DNA from: Anolis carolinensis
Taxonomy: Eukaryota
Assembly: GCF_035594765.1 (NCBI RefSeq)
Contig: NC_085846.1
Location: 11,519,190-11,583,189, forward strand
DNA length: 64,000 nt
Direction of reading: 5' to 3'
How positions within the stretch are numbered: the first letter of the stretch is position 1; each line of letters opens with the position of its first letter. Positions 12,372 to 25,389 of the stretch are shown in pieces. The translations under genes and the position numbers were made by a program. The notes beneath the pieces were generated by a model. That model saw nothing but the letters and a program-made list of their open reading frames with translations, was not told where the DNA came from and ran no database searches.

Positions 12372-12797
12372 TTAGATCAGACTTTCATCAAAGTGGACAG
12401 GCCTTCCACCTCTACATGCAATAACAATAAATCTATTTGACCTGTTCTCTCTGTAGTTACAGGGCGGACGAGAGGATCCCCCGGTAAGCCTGCAGGTGGT
12501 AACAGAGAACCTCCTATTGCTACGGCGCAAGTTGTTCCCAAATGCCCTTCCCCCTCTGCCACACACATCTATCAATTGTCTCTTGGAGCCATGGACAAAG
12601 GAGTTAACCCCCTTGCAGTTGGGTCTGGTCATGCCACGTCTTTGCATCATGGTATTGCAGTAACGGTTTCCCACGTTGCTCCTGGGATTGTCGTAGTGCT
12701 GCCTTCGGAAGGTCTGATAGTCGGCGGCATAGGTCCCAACGATGAACACCACGGCCAGGAGCACAAAGAGAACGGGGCCAGATCCCTTGAAGTTCAT
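12372..12797 (-). CDS. Secreted RNase A-superfamily ribonuclease, 141 aa, highly cationic
   Basis: Signal peptide MNFKGSGPVLFVLLAVVFIVGTYA; FRRQH (His12), CKGVNSF (Lys41 signature), PVHFD (His119); six Cys. Acceptor ttttgcAG ends 8 nt before the ATG; poly(A) signal at 12165-12170 (minus). Confidence 0.96.
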   Translation of the reverse strand: MNFKGSGPVLFVLLAVVFIVGTYAADYQTFRRQHYDNPRSNVGNRYCNTMMQRRGMTRPNCKGVNSFVHGSKRQLIDVCGRGGRAFGNNLRRSNRRFSVTTCRLTGGSSRPPCNYRENRSNRFIVIACRGGRPVHFDESLI

Positions 12798-14760
12798 GGT
12801 CAGATCTGCAAAAGTAGAGCCTATGTGAAAGGATTTGCTTGCCAGCAGAGGGAGATATTCATCTTGAAATAGTTCAAAAATAATGTGTATTTCTCTTTGC
12901 AAGTTCTTAGCAGCTTGTTCTGGGACTGATTGTCTCAGGAGTGTGGTTTGCAACATTTGGTCATCCAGATGTTTTGGATTTCAGCTCCCACATTTCCTAA
13001 TTGCTGGTAAGCTGACTGGGATTTCTGGGACTTGAAGTCCAAAACGGCTCTTGTATAAGGTCTGGTGGATGAATGGCATAAGCACTTTGCATTGTTTTAA
13101 ACTTTGTATATTGTATTTTATGACTGTTTTAACTGTTTTAACATTTTAGTTCATTGTATATCAGTGTAACGGCATCAATTGCCACTTGTAAGCCGCCCTG
13201 AGTCCTCTCGGGTGAGAAGGGCGGAGTATAAATAATTGAAATAAATAAATTGAAATAAAACAATTGGAGGACTGACAAAAGGTTGGGAACCACTGAAGTA
13301 GAGAATATCTGATTTCCATGGTGTGACTGAGTGCCTTATGCCAACATTTGAATATACATGATTGCAAAAAGCATTAGTACAATATTTATATATTACGTTT
13401 TAAATTCTGTGGTCCCTTATAGTGCATCTAAAGACTAGTGGTTCCCAACCTTGGTCCTCCAGGTGTTTTGGATTTCAACTCCCAGAAATCCCAGCCAGCT
13501 TACCAGCTGTTATGAATTGTGGGAGCTGAAGTCCAAAACACCTGGAGGACCAAAGGTTGGGCACCACTGTAGAATTAATGTAGTTTGACACCACTTTAAC
13601 ACCACTTAAACTGGCATGATTTAATGTTAAGGAGTCTTGGGAGTTATATGGCAGTGTAGATCTATCCATTGCATGCTGATATCTCAAACTAGGGATAAAA
13701 GGTGTCATGATATCTCTCCATTTGAGAGGGACAATTGATGGATCCAATTCATAGCTAACAAAATAGCAGTTACAAGCTTTGCAACACACACTGCAGTTGT
13801 GTTTTTGACTTTTGAGGATTTGATTATTCATGAATTTGTTTTAAAATGTTGTCTCTTGGAATATCTAGATCCTTTAGTGTGATGCTATGGTCAGCCTTCT
13901 CCAATCATACTACAGAATCTAGAGATTTCTAGAGAAACATATTAAGAATCTCTAGGTCAGTGGTTCTCAACCTGTGGGTCCCCAGATGTTTTGGCCTACA
14001 ACTCCCAGAAATCCTAACAGCTGGTAAACAGTTTGGGAATTCTGGAAGTTGTAGGCAAAACATCTGGGGGCCCACAGACTGAGAACCACTGCTCTACGTC
14101 CTCCAAAGCAATTTTATAACCAACTTCTAGCAGAGGTTGACCATGGAGTTGTGTTGGAAGACCTAGAAATTACCAGGGATGTGTTCTCTCAAATAGAAAA
14201 ACAACAATATTCGTATTTGCCATTTTTCACTCTCACGGTGGTCTTATACCCTTAACATCAGTGAATCTGGAAGACTTACTGTTCAAAGGAAGAACAGTTC
14301 TACAGAGGATCATAAATCCTAACATGCAGAGGTACGAATGTCCACAAATATTCTCAAATATGACAGAAAAGGCTTTTGTATATCAAAATGCACGCTTCTT
14401 CCGAATACATGAGAGTAAAATAAGTCCATATTTAAATGCTTGTTATAGGGTGCATCTACACTATATAGTTAATACATGTTGACATGTTTAACTGCCACGG
14501 CTCAATGCTATGGAACTCTAGAATTTGTAATTTGGTACGGTATTATTGTTCTTTGGCAGAGAAGGCAAATGACCTTTCAAAACTACAACTGTCATGATAC
14601 CATAACATTGAGCCAACATAGTTCAAGTGGTGTCAAACTGCATTCATTCTACAGTGTAGGTGTATCCTAATCCCATATTTAATATTTCTTACCTATACTT
14701 TACTCATTATACACAAAAGTAGTCTACCCAATATAGTAGCAAAGATGAGAGTATTCTTCA

Positions 14761-14860
14761 CATACCTTTATTCGCTGAAATCTGGTGTTGAAAAAGAGAT
14801 GAAGTTGGAAGTCTTCCTTGGAGTCCTTCCACTCGAATTCAACAAGCCCATTATATAAGG
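14761..14860 (-). promoter_or_regulatory. Putative TATA box and non-coding exon 1 of the 12372-12797 RNase
   Basis: TTATATAA at 14851-14858 and an AAG|GTATG donor at about 14761-14768. Conserved in the paralogous copy at 7225-7330. Fits the usual RNase A layout of a 5' UTR exon plus one coding exon. Confidence 0.6.
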
Positions 14861-17754
14861 ACTTTCTCAATTTGGGGAGGGTACATACTGGTAAAAGGAA
14901 GCTGAGCCCCCCCACTTCATCACACTCAAAATATGAAGTAATCCATCAAACTGGACAGGGCTAATTTCATAACAGAAAACCACAAAGGTGTTGCAAGATC
15001 TTAACTGCTAAGAGGCCCTTTTACAGTTTAAATGCCCCCCAACTAATCTCTTCATTTTGGGATTGTTAAAATGCTTTGCACTAGAACTCTGACCATTCCC
15101 ACTATTCAGCTATGTTATTTGTGGAGAATGGTAGTTATAGCTCAATCCATCTCGAATTAAGTTGGGCAAGATGCCCTGAAAATCTGAGCTCTTAAATAAT
15201 GTTTAATCAAGGTTATTATAAAGATGAAAGGGGACTCCCATTCCTTGGGCTTTCTAATAACCAAGAGACCCCTGGACATGTCATAAGGGCATGTTCTGCC
15301 TCAAACAGTATCTACGTTCATATCTGGGTTTCTAAAACTGTAAAGGTTATGGGCATGAACATTTTGCCATATTGTATTCACAGGCTTTACTTTGAATATT
15401 ACATCCACTATTTCTCCAAGGTGGAAATAAGAAAAGAGTTGGATGGAACCCTCCAAGTGTGGATGACAAATAGGCTAAGTGGAGCATTTGTCTGCCTCAA
15501 GCAAAAGATGAAAGGAACATTTGCCTCAAGAGAAAGATACTACAAAGTGACAGCAAAGTCTTGGAGGAGGACATACTGCTGTTAGGTTTCTCTTTGATGA
15601 TGATGATGATGATGATTTTATTTCTTACCTGCCTCTTCCTGTGGCTCAAGGTGGGTTACAGCATAATTAAAACACATAAACATTTTTAAAATATACATAA
15701 TTATCCTGGAATTAAATGACCCAGTGGAGTGCCTCAGGGTTCTGTCTGCAGTCCAGTGCTGTTTAATATCTTTATTAATGACTTGGATGTAGGTTTAGGC
15801 CAGTGGTTCTCAACCTATGGGTCCCCAGATGTTTCAACCTTCAACTCCCAGAAATACTAACAGCTGGTAAACTGGCTGGGATTTCTGGGAATTGTCGGCC
15901 AAAATACCTGGGGATTCACAAGTTGAAAACCACTGCCCTATGAGGAGTGGTGTAAAGAGCTGGGTACGTTTAGCCTGTATGTTATCAAAAAGCAGCCCCC
16001 AAAAGAATGAACCCCCAAGTCTGTGGCTGGCTCCAGGTTTGTTCAGATAGAGACCTTTTTAAGTCTATCCCAGTAATAGGCAAACTTGGACCCTCCAGGT
16101 GTTAGGAATTGTGGGAGTTGAAGTCTAAAACACTTGTAGGGCCCAAGTTTGTCCATGCCTAATCTTTCCCCAACTGCCAATGTCTGACGCAACTTTGGGT
16201 TATACCTTCATCTCAATTTTAAAAATACAAGTTTGGTTCGATTCCATCATTGGTGGAGTTCAGAATGTTCTTTGATTGTAGGTTAACTATAAATCCCAGC
16301 AACTACAACTCCCAAATGGCAAAATCAATTCCTCCCCCCCCCCCCCCTCCAACGCCACCAGTATTCAAACTTGGGCATATTTGTGCCAAATTTTGTCCAG
16401 TGAATGAAAATACATCCTGCATATTAGATATTTACATTATGATTCATAACAGTAGCAAAATGACAGTTATGAAGTAGCAACAAAAATAAATTTATGGTTG
16501 AGAGACACCATAACATGAGGAACTGTATTAAGGGGTCTCAGCATTAGGAAGGTTGAAAACCACTGACCTAGAGATTTCTAGAAAAAGCACCTCTTTAGGA
16601 ATGTCTAGGCCTCCCAATGTGATTCTGTGGTTAGCTTCCGGTTGAAGTTGACCATGAAGTCATGCTGGAAGACTGAAAAATTCTGAGAAAGATGTTATCT
16701 TGAGTAATAAAACAACAATTCCTTTATTTATGATTTTTGACTTTCGGGGTCCTATGCCCTTAAAGCCAACTAATGTGGAAGGCTGACATATTTAGCCTCA
16801 TACGTTTTGGCAGAAGACAGAGCAATTTCTACTAAAGTGTCCCAAAGCTTAGCCCACTGATTGATAAACATGCATGTCAGAAGCTGCATCCATAGGTTTC
16901 ATATTCTCCCACATGTTCTTATGTTCATATAAATTCAGGGACTTAAGAAAACATTCTTACAAGGGGCATATTTTGCCCTCCCTTTCTGGTAGCTATACCC
17001 ATATAGCTTTCAAATCCGGATGTTTAACAGCTAGCCTAGCAATCAGAGTCCTTTCTATGGATAGGAAGCATTTCTGAATTCTACTACACATCCCCCCACA
17101 TTTTATTTTTCATTTCTCAAAAGGTCCCCGTCATAGAAGAAATTTGTGAGATGTGGTAAATTTATATCAAACTCAATCTGAAACAGAAAACTTTATCCCT
17201 GGATGTGATTGACTCACTACAAGGCGGTTGGTGGTTTGGATACTGGATCACGTTCCTACCTTGGGCCTGAGGTGAAGTAACAATTTTGTGTGTAAGCTTT
17301 ATGTAGAGCAAGACTGATTTTCACAACTCTTGAGTAACCAAAGGTTTAGGAATCACCTTGAAGTAAAGAAATTAGTTAAGCAAAAATGGATTTGAACCAG
17401 AAGACAAAAATATTGCTATTAAAATGCCATATAAGGTAAAGGGTGCACTAAACAATAGAAATGTTGTTTCCAAGACATTTTTATATAGCAATAAGTATAA
17501 GATTGTAATAATTTGTCCGTATAGTCCAGAAAACTGAACAATGTGAGATCCAAACTAGGGATTTCTTTAAAAGACAGGACTGGCTTGAATGTGAAGGCTT
17601 CTTGTAAAGTTCATAGACACTAAAATGCCCATAACTGACATTATAGTTACAAAGTACCCCTTTTCTAAAATGCTTGGGGCAAGAACTTTTTTGGATTTCT
17701 TTCAGACAGAGGAATACCTGGATTTGCATATAGGTACATTTTATTTATTTATGC

Positions 17755-18780
17755 CATATGCCAGCAAATATGGAAAACACCAGAATGGCTATCAGGTTGG
17801 AAAAAATAAACTTATATTCCACTACCAAAAAAGGGAAATGCTAAAGAATACTCAAACTTTCATACAGTTGCACTTATTTCACATGCCAGTAAAGGAATGT
17901 TCAAGATCCTGCAAGGTAGACTCCAGCAATACATGGAGCGAGAGTTGCCAGATGTACATGCTGGATTTAGAAAAGGCAGAGGAACGAAAGACCAAATTGC
18001 CAATATCTGCTGGATAATGGAAGAAGGTCAGGAGTTTTAGAAAAATATGTATTTCGGTTTTATTGACTATTCTAAAGCTTTTGTATGTGAGGATCATAAT
18101 AAATTGTGGCAAAATCTTGATGGTATGGGGAGATCAATTCACCTTGTCTGTCTCCTGAGGAATCTGTATAATCTTCAAGTAGCAACAGTCAGAACAGACC
18201 AGGGAACAACAGACTGGTTCAAGAGTGGGAAAGAAGTACGGCAGGGCTGTATACTTTCAACCTCCCTATTCAACTTGTATGCAGAAAACATCATGTGATG
18301 TGCGGGCTTGATGAATCCAAGGCTGGAGTTAAAACTGCTGGAAGAAACATTAACAATCTTAGATATGCAGATGATAGCAGTCTGATGGCTGAAGGCAAGG
18401 ATGTGGATGTGAGAGCTAGATTATAAGGAAGGCTGTGGTGTTGGAGGAAAATTCCGAGAATGCCTTGGACCACAGGAAAATCGTATCAGTCCATACTCCA
18501 GGGAATAATGCCCGGCTGCTCACTGGAGGGAAGGATATTAGAGGCAAAGCTGAAGTACTTTGGTCACATCATGAGGAGACAGGAAAGCTTGGAGAAGGTC
18601 ATGATGCTGGGGAAATGGAAGGAAAAAGAGGGGCCGACCAAGGGTAAGATGGTATTCTTGAAGTGATTGGCTTGATCTTGAAGGAGCTGGGCGTGGTGTG
18701 GCTGACAGGGAGCTCTGGCGTGGGCTGGTCCATGAGGTCAGGAAGAGTCGGAAGCAACTGAACGAATAAACAACAATAAA
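17755..18780 (+). mobile_element. RTE/BovB LINE, degraded and internally deleted 3' fragment
   Basis: FIDYSKAF, VRQGCILS, LFNLYAE, NNLRYADD and LKYFGHIMRR peptides in broken frames; short (caa)-type tail. Confidence 0.88.
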
Positions 18781-19531
18781 TGTATTTATTTACAGCATTT
18801 ATATTCTGACCTTCTCACCGCGAAGGGGACTCAGGGAGGATCACAGAACACATATACAGCAAATATTCAATGCTGTTATACACAGACAGGGCAGATAACA
18901 GATAGAGGCATATAGGCATTTCCCATCTTCAGCATCCTGGAGGTTGTGCTCAATTCCAGCCACAGGGGTCTGCTGTTGTTCCAAGCTCCATGTTGAAGAG
19001 CTCCTTTTTTTGATCGCCAGCATTTTTCTGGTATTTCCTTTTATGGTGCTATTAAAATACCTCCCCGCTTAAGTGGTACCTATTTATCTACTCACGGCTG
19101 TTTTCAATCTGCTAGGTGGGCAGTAAGCTGGGCTGAAAGTCGGTACTGACCCCGAACCAGGCTTCAAAGTGCTAACCTTTGGACTCATAAGATTTATTGC
19201 AACTTGTGGTTAATTTGCTGTGCTAAACCTAGCCCCTATTATTATATAATAAGACAACCTGAAGTTGAGAACTAAACTAAGCATGAAGCTCATTTATATT
19301 TCATAAAAACCTTACACACGTAGTCTGAATAATTTTATGCATGTAACAAACGTTGTGTATTCACCACTTCAACTGCCATGATTCTTTCCTCTAGTATCAT
19401 CGGAGGTGTAGTTAGAAAACTATTGGCAGAGAAGACTAAAGATCTTGTCAAACTACAACTCCACCGTTTCCATAGAATTGAGCTAAGGTTGTTACAAGTG
19501 GTGTCCAACTGCATTCATTCTACAGTGTAGA

Positions 19532-19727
19532 GCAGGCATGAGCAAGCTTGAACCCTCCAGGAGTTTTGGACTTCAACTCCCACCATTCCTAACAGCCTCA
19601 GGCCCTTTACTTTCCCCCCTCAGCCGCTTAAGCGGCTGAGGGGGGAAAGGAAGGGGCCTGAGGCTGTTAGGAATGGTGGGAGTTGAAGTCCAAAACACCT
19701 GGAGGGCTCAAGTTTGCCCGTTCCTGG
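19532..19727. mobile_element. Palindromic hAT MITE (CAGGCATGGGCAAACT family); other copies at about 7622-7710, 16072-16160, 31568-31679, 33258-33419, 38338-38376, 39860-39993 and 41708-41810
   Basis: Near-perfect hairpin centred on cagccgcttaagcggctg; 8-bp TSD-like gtgtagag/gtatagag. Confidence 0.8.
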
Positions 19728-20884
19728 TATAGAGACACCCTGTTTCATCCCAAGTTTACAGAAGGCCACGTTCCAAAGGTGGCTGAGGTCAAAGGCATAA
19801 GGATGATACCAAAAAACATCATTATTCCTTCTGGGATGACATCTGCAAGACCAACATTTTCCACCCTTGCCCTAAAGGGAACAGCATGTTATATGGTTTC
19901 CAGCAACTGCATTGCCTGGAAACAGAGAAAGAGAAACTGCCACTTGCCCAGACAGCAATCAAGAGATTCAGATTTCATTAAGAAATAATGGAGGCAGCGA
20001 GAAACGAGTTAGGGAGTTTCCTGCTCAAGAAAAAGTTGGCGGTACTAATTGCTCTCATCTCAGTCCAAAGTCATGGCAATTACAAACTATGCGCGAATTA
20101 TTCCTTTGTCCAAGTCTGTCTGACCTACATCTTCCCATTTTGGCTGAAAGACAAGCCAACAGAGCTTCAGAAAGTGGCTGTTAATGTTCACTCCTTCTTC
20201 TAATGCACTTCATAACTATCAATTCCAGATGTTCTCTTCTTTGCTTAGAAAAACAAAACAATCATTTCGTTGTTTATCTTAGATGTGTTAACTCCAAAAG
20301 TCTTGGCAAATGTGCATCATTTTTGAAACTAAAAAAAACTTTGGACCAGATTCCCTTAGTAAAAAGCAACGACTCCGACAACCAGCCAATTTGTCTCTCT
20401 GTGGTTCATTGTTTATTATACCTCTCCCCCTTTTGCAGCGGACCTCCCATTTTCTCCCCAGGCAGTCCAAATTGCAAAATATCTTGGCTAGTCTGGATTT
20501 TCTGGGAATTGGATCTTCTCCTTGTTTCACAGCTTCAACCAAGCAAGCTCTGCGGATGAGGAAAGGCGGCTGAAAGGAAAAGAAGCTTTAGTTGTTTGCT
20601 TTGTAAGACAGGTGGGACTTATCGAAAGTGAAAAAGATCTGAGATACAGGTGAGTCCTGCAATGGGTAGGTAGCCAATGCAATACTGATGTAGTTATGCA
20701 GAGATGGAAGTATATTCGAGTTCAAAGGGGAACTGGAGATCATACAACCAATGCAAATTCAATGCATGGTGCAATTATGGGATACCTGTCACTTATCCAA
20801 CCAGCTTCTTCTTAACATTTTCCACCAAAGGGAAGCTTCCATATCCTGTGGGAATCTATTCCATTTTTTTATCATGTGAGAAGT

Positions 20885-21142
20885 GACTTGAGAACATACT
20901 GCAAGTCACTTCTGGTGTGAGAGAATTGGCTGTCTACAGAGAGGTAACACATCTGGGGACACCTAGATGTATTACCATCCTGTTGGGAGGCTTCTCTCGT
21001 GTCCCTGCAAGCTAGGGCTGATGGACAGGAGCTCACCCCATCTCACGGATTCGAACTGCTAGCCTTCAGGTCAGCAACCCAACCTTTAGGTCAGCAGTTC
21101 AGCTGGCACAAGGGTTTAACCTATCGCACCACTGTGGCTCCT
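20885..21142 (-). mobile_element. tRNA-derived SINE; same family as 25055-25300 and 31960-32180 (plus strand)
   Basis: B-box-like ggttcgaatcc and shared body sequence among the copies. Confidence 0.7.
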
Positions 21143-22608
21143 TGTTATTACATAGTCAAATAGTTCTTATCATTCGATTATCCTGATATTTATCTGAAAT
21201 CTGCCATATCCATCCACTGATTGGAGCTAACAGCAATAATTTTCTTGAGCCTGGGCCCTAAGTGATATGTCCGCTAGCTCTTTGTCTTACCTTCATTGCC
21301 TCTAAATCTATCTTCCTTCCCTTGTAGTCCTCCTATACCCTGTTTCAAAGATTCTCTTCCAAACATCTTACAAAGAGCAGATGTCATCCTTTTGGGTATT
21401 CTGGATGTTCTATTCCCTTCCAATGAGAGTTCAGTAGGTTGTAACGGGTGAGGATCTTTCCATGGTGGTGTCCTACTTTTGAGAAATATCTCAGCAACTC
21501 ACTGGCTCCTAATACTTGTGTCCCATAGCCAAACGACTAAGGCATTTTCTATTCTTCCTAAGTTTTAATGCTGCCTCCAAAATTTCACAGATTAAAGCTG
21601 GGTTGAATGTGGCGAAGCATGGTCGAAGTGTGCTCACAATGGAAAACAATATTAATGAGGAACTACAGAGAAACTAGGACAGGCTGCAGTAGATTGCTTT
21701 GCATTAAGGTTTTTATCTTTGTTGAGTTAGTTGAGGGCAAACTACTTCTGCACTAAATGGAGAAGAGATCAAAATTGGAAATTAAGAGCAAGAGACTGGC
21801 ACAGCAATATTTTCAAAGCTGCTGAAAAAAATGGGATTATAGGGTATTAATCAAAATGGGATGCTTGGAAGGTTTGCATGTAATGGCATCTTTGTCAAAC
21901 TTTTGCCTGTTTTATAGGACAGCCTCAAAATATTATGGGGCATGAAAAAGCAATGCATTTCCTAAGGAACTGCGAACTGCTTTTTATCGAGTTTAAAAGG
22001 ATATATAAAAACAGAGAGCTAGGTCTACTTGTAATCCTTTCTTAACCAGTTTCTCGGCAGCCTGTTGCTTTCTCAGGTCCCTCCTCCGCTTCAGTTCTTA
22101 AGATTTCATCAGCCACTCCCTGTTGGTTATGACTGGATGCAAAAAAACAAACCATGTATCTCTGCACCATGGGATCAAGGCCAGTAAAAGAGCTCGTGAG
22201 CTCATAAATAGATTCTCCAGATGGTATTTCCTTGTTGTTCTAGTGTTATTACTGGAAAAGAATGGATAGTAAAATTTCTTTCCTGGTGCTCTCTGTATTT
22301 TCTCAACTTCTTCTGCCTAGGTTTCTCCCTCCTTCCTTCAAAGAGTTGAGTATTATTTGTATTCCCAGGAGAACATGTGGTTTTAAAAACTGGGGTGAAC
22401 TTTGACTTGCTTCACAGAAGTTGTCCAGCTTTCCAGATTCTATAGCTGACGCTTCATCTCCCAGATTTTGGAATGTATTCATGGAAGATCCTTGACTTCA
22501 GAGCAACTCAACCAATATCTACAGAGGGAGAGGGATACCAGAAAAGGGCTATAACCAAACTGATCGTTTGTTTGTGTTTAGACCTAGCACTACTATTAAA
22601 TAACTATA

Positions 22609-23125
22609 GGTAAAGGTAAAGGTTTTCCCCTTACATTAAGTCTAATCGTGTACGACTCAGGGGTTGGTGCTCATCTCCATTTCTAAGCCAAAGAGCCAGC
22701 GTTGTCTGAAGACACCTCTAAGGTCATGTGGCCAGCATGACTGCATGGAGCATTGTTACTTTCCTGCCGGAGCAGTACCTATTGATCTATTCATATTTGC
22801 ATGTTTTTGAACTGCTAGGTTGGCAGAAGCTGGGGCTAACAGCGGGAGCTCATCCTCCTCCCCAGATTCAAACTGCCTACCTTTCAGTCAGCAAGTTCAG
22901 CAGCTCAGCAGTTTAACCCACTGCACTACCGGGGCTCCTAAATAACTATAGATAAAGGTTTTCCTTTGACATTAAGTTTAGTCATGTCCAACTCTGGGGG
23001 TTGGTGCTCATCTACATTTCTAAGCCAAAGAGCCGGCATTCTCCATAAACCCTCCAGGGTCATGTGGCCGGCATGACTGCACAGAGCACCGTTACCTTCC
23101 CACAGGAGCGGTACCTATTGATTTA
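22609..23125 (-). mobile_element. Two adjacent Sauria SINEs (one full, one partial); other copies at 34222-34540 and 37763-38025 (plus strand)
   Basis: Body gcagttcgaaaacatgc...gagcaccaacccc and (acctttt)-type tail. The full copy is flanked by the direct repeat taaataactatag. Confidence 0.85.
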
Positions 23126-24339
23126 TAGTTAACATTTTTACATACAGATCTATACAAGGACCCGGGTTGTTGACTCATTGCAATCTCATTTAAGCAACGG
23201 GAACATACTGTCTTTTGAAGAATCTCTTTCACACCTCAGCATAATTGTGCAATGTTGCCACTTTGCTGATGGTAATTCTCTACCACTTCACTTCCTACCT
23301 GTGCTTGCCCTACCCAGTGCATGCACACTGCATTTTTCTTCTATTTTGCTGCAACTGTACAGTTGCGCAGCTTTAACATTCTTGTGAAACCATCTTCTGC
23401 TTTGTAATACTGGGTTGCAGCAGAAGGAAATCATCACACAAGGACAAAGATGTTGGATTCATCAATGCATTTTTCTGAGCGAAAAGAGATGATCCTGTCA
23501 GGATTCAGGTGCAATGCAACTATGGTTGTGCATTGATTGTGCTTTTCCTGCATGGCAGGGGGTTGGACTTGATGGCCCATGTGGTCTCTTCCAACACTAT
23601 GATTCTATGGGGGAGCCACAACATTGTGCGCAAAGCACTCGCAAGAGGTGCTTTTATCCTACTGCAATTTTGCTTTAGCAGCCTTGTGTGACAAAGTCCT
23701 TAAATAAGTGTGCTTATTGTGGTATATAAATTCACATATTTAATTGAAAACTTATCAAACTTGGACTGAAACGGGAGGAGAAAAATCAGACCATAGTAAG
23801 GTTTGGGACTCAACCATTCAGCTACCTTGGGCATCTCCTGAACAAACCTTTCAAATGTTTACAAGTGTTATAATTCACATTTATGAAGTTCACCAAACCA
23901 AACGATATTCAGACATATGTTGACAACTTGAATTTTTTGTGCAGTTTATAACTGATCAGTGAACAAAGGTTTTTTCCCCATTAAATTGCTGGCTAGGGTC
24001 CATGTCATAGAAATGCCCACATTAAAGAATTAGAGAACTTTGATACCACTGTAACTTCCATGGAATTCTAGGATTTCTCATTTGATGCAGGTTACTCTAG
24101 CAGACATAAACAGCTCAAGAAACTACTTCCCATAGGATGGATTTATGGCAATAAAATGGTAACATGGTGATATAATAATAATAGTGCAATGTGAAAGAGG
24201 CCTTGATATTGATGAAATTTGAAGGATTGTAAATACCCTCTCTTGAACCTTGTGAAATTATTGCAAGGAAGGCAGACAATTTCTGGTAAATTTCTAACAA
24301 ATCTTTACTGTTTTGACTCCCATAGACAGCACTGATACC

Positions 24340-24780
24340 ATGGCTCAAAGTACCACCTGGTCAGCATTGCTGCTCCTGCTGGTTTTGCTGGGACCTCTGC
24401 CAGCTTTCACCCAAAGGGAAAGCCGTCATGACAAGTTCCTCCGGCAGCACGTTGACTTTCCCAAGACCAACAGTGAGCTGGACTCTCGGCGCTACTGCAA
24501 CCTGATGATGCAGAGACGTGGGATGACTGCCACAATTTGCAAACCCTCCAACACCTTCATCCATGGATCACACCCGGATGTGGATGCCATCTGCAGTGAC
24601 GGGGGGACCTACTACACTGAGAATTACTATGACAGCAGTGCCTACTTTCCCATCACCGCTTGCCGCATTGTTGGAGGTTCCCAGAGTCCCCCGTGTAACT
24701 ACCGAGGTAGAACCAACACTCAGCGTGTTCGGGTGGCCTGTATTAATGGGGAGCCAGTTCACTTCAAAGCTCCTCTTTAG
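24340..24780 (+). CDS. Secreted RNase A-superfamily ribonuclease, 146 aa
   Basis: Acceptor cccatAG at 24324-24325 and Kozak accATGg. Signal peptide, predicted mature N-terminal Gln, FLRQH, CKPSNTFIH, PVHF, six Cys; ATTAAA at 24977-24982. Confidence 0.96.
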   Translation: MAQSTTWSALLLLLVLLGPLPAFTQRESRHDKFLRQHVDFPKTNSELDSRRYCNLMMQRRGMTATICKPSNTFIHGSHPDVDAICSDGGTYYTENYYDSSAYFPITACRIVGGSQSPPCNYRGRTNTQRVRVACINGEPVHFKAPL

Positions 24781-25389
24781 GAGGGAGTATCTGTGGAATC
24801 ACTGTACCCATGTGATCAGTTTGGGATACTACATTTAAAGCCAATTTAGACTAAAGTTCCCTATATATTCTTAGTACATGTGCACATTTCAGTTGTATTT
24901 TGGTACTGCCAAATTATCACTTCTCTCTCTAGCAAATTACATTCTTTCTTATGCTTGTTCTTCGATTATTTGTGCCATTAAATGGTCATCAAGTAATGTA
25001 ACAGTTCCCTATTGGATATCTTTCTTTAAAATGTCAATCTCACCTCACTACGATGGCATAGTGGATGAAAGCCTTGTGACTTGAAGGTTGGGTTGCTGAC
25101 CTGAAAGCTGCCAGGTTCGAATCCCACCCGGGGAGAGTGCGGATGAGCTCCCTCTATCAGCCCCAGCTCCGTGCGGGGACATGAGAGAAGCCTCCCACAA
25201 GGATGGTAAAAACATCAAAACATCCGGGCGTCCCCTGGGCAATATCCTTGCAGACGGCCAATTCTCTGACTCCAGAAGCGACTCAAATTGCTCCTGACAC
25301 AGGGGGGGGGGACTCACTCCCAACATATATTCATCCTTTAACTAGTATATAAATTTCTCAGCTCCCAGGCAGGCAAAGATAAAGGGAAT

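Noticed and set aside
12798-12956. 53-aa N-terminal extension of the RNase ORF in the track
   Set aside because: Lies upstream of a good splice acceptor (12806-12807) and starts in a MITE; the true start is ATG 12797.
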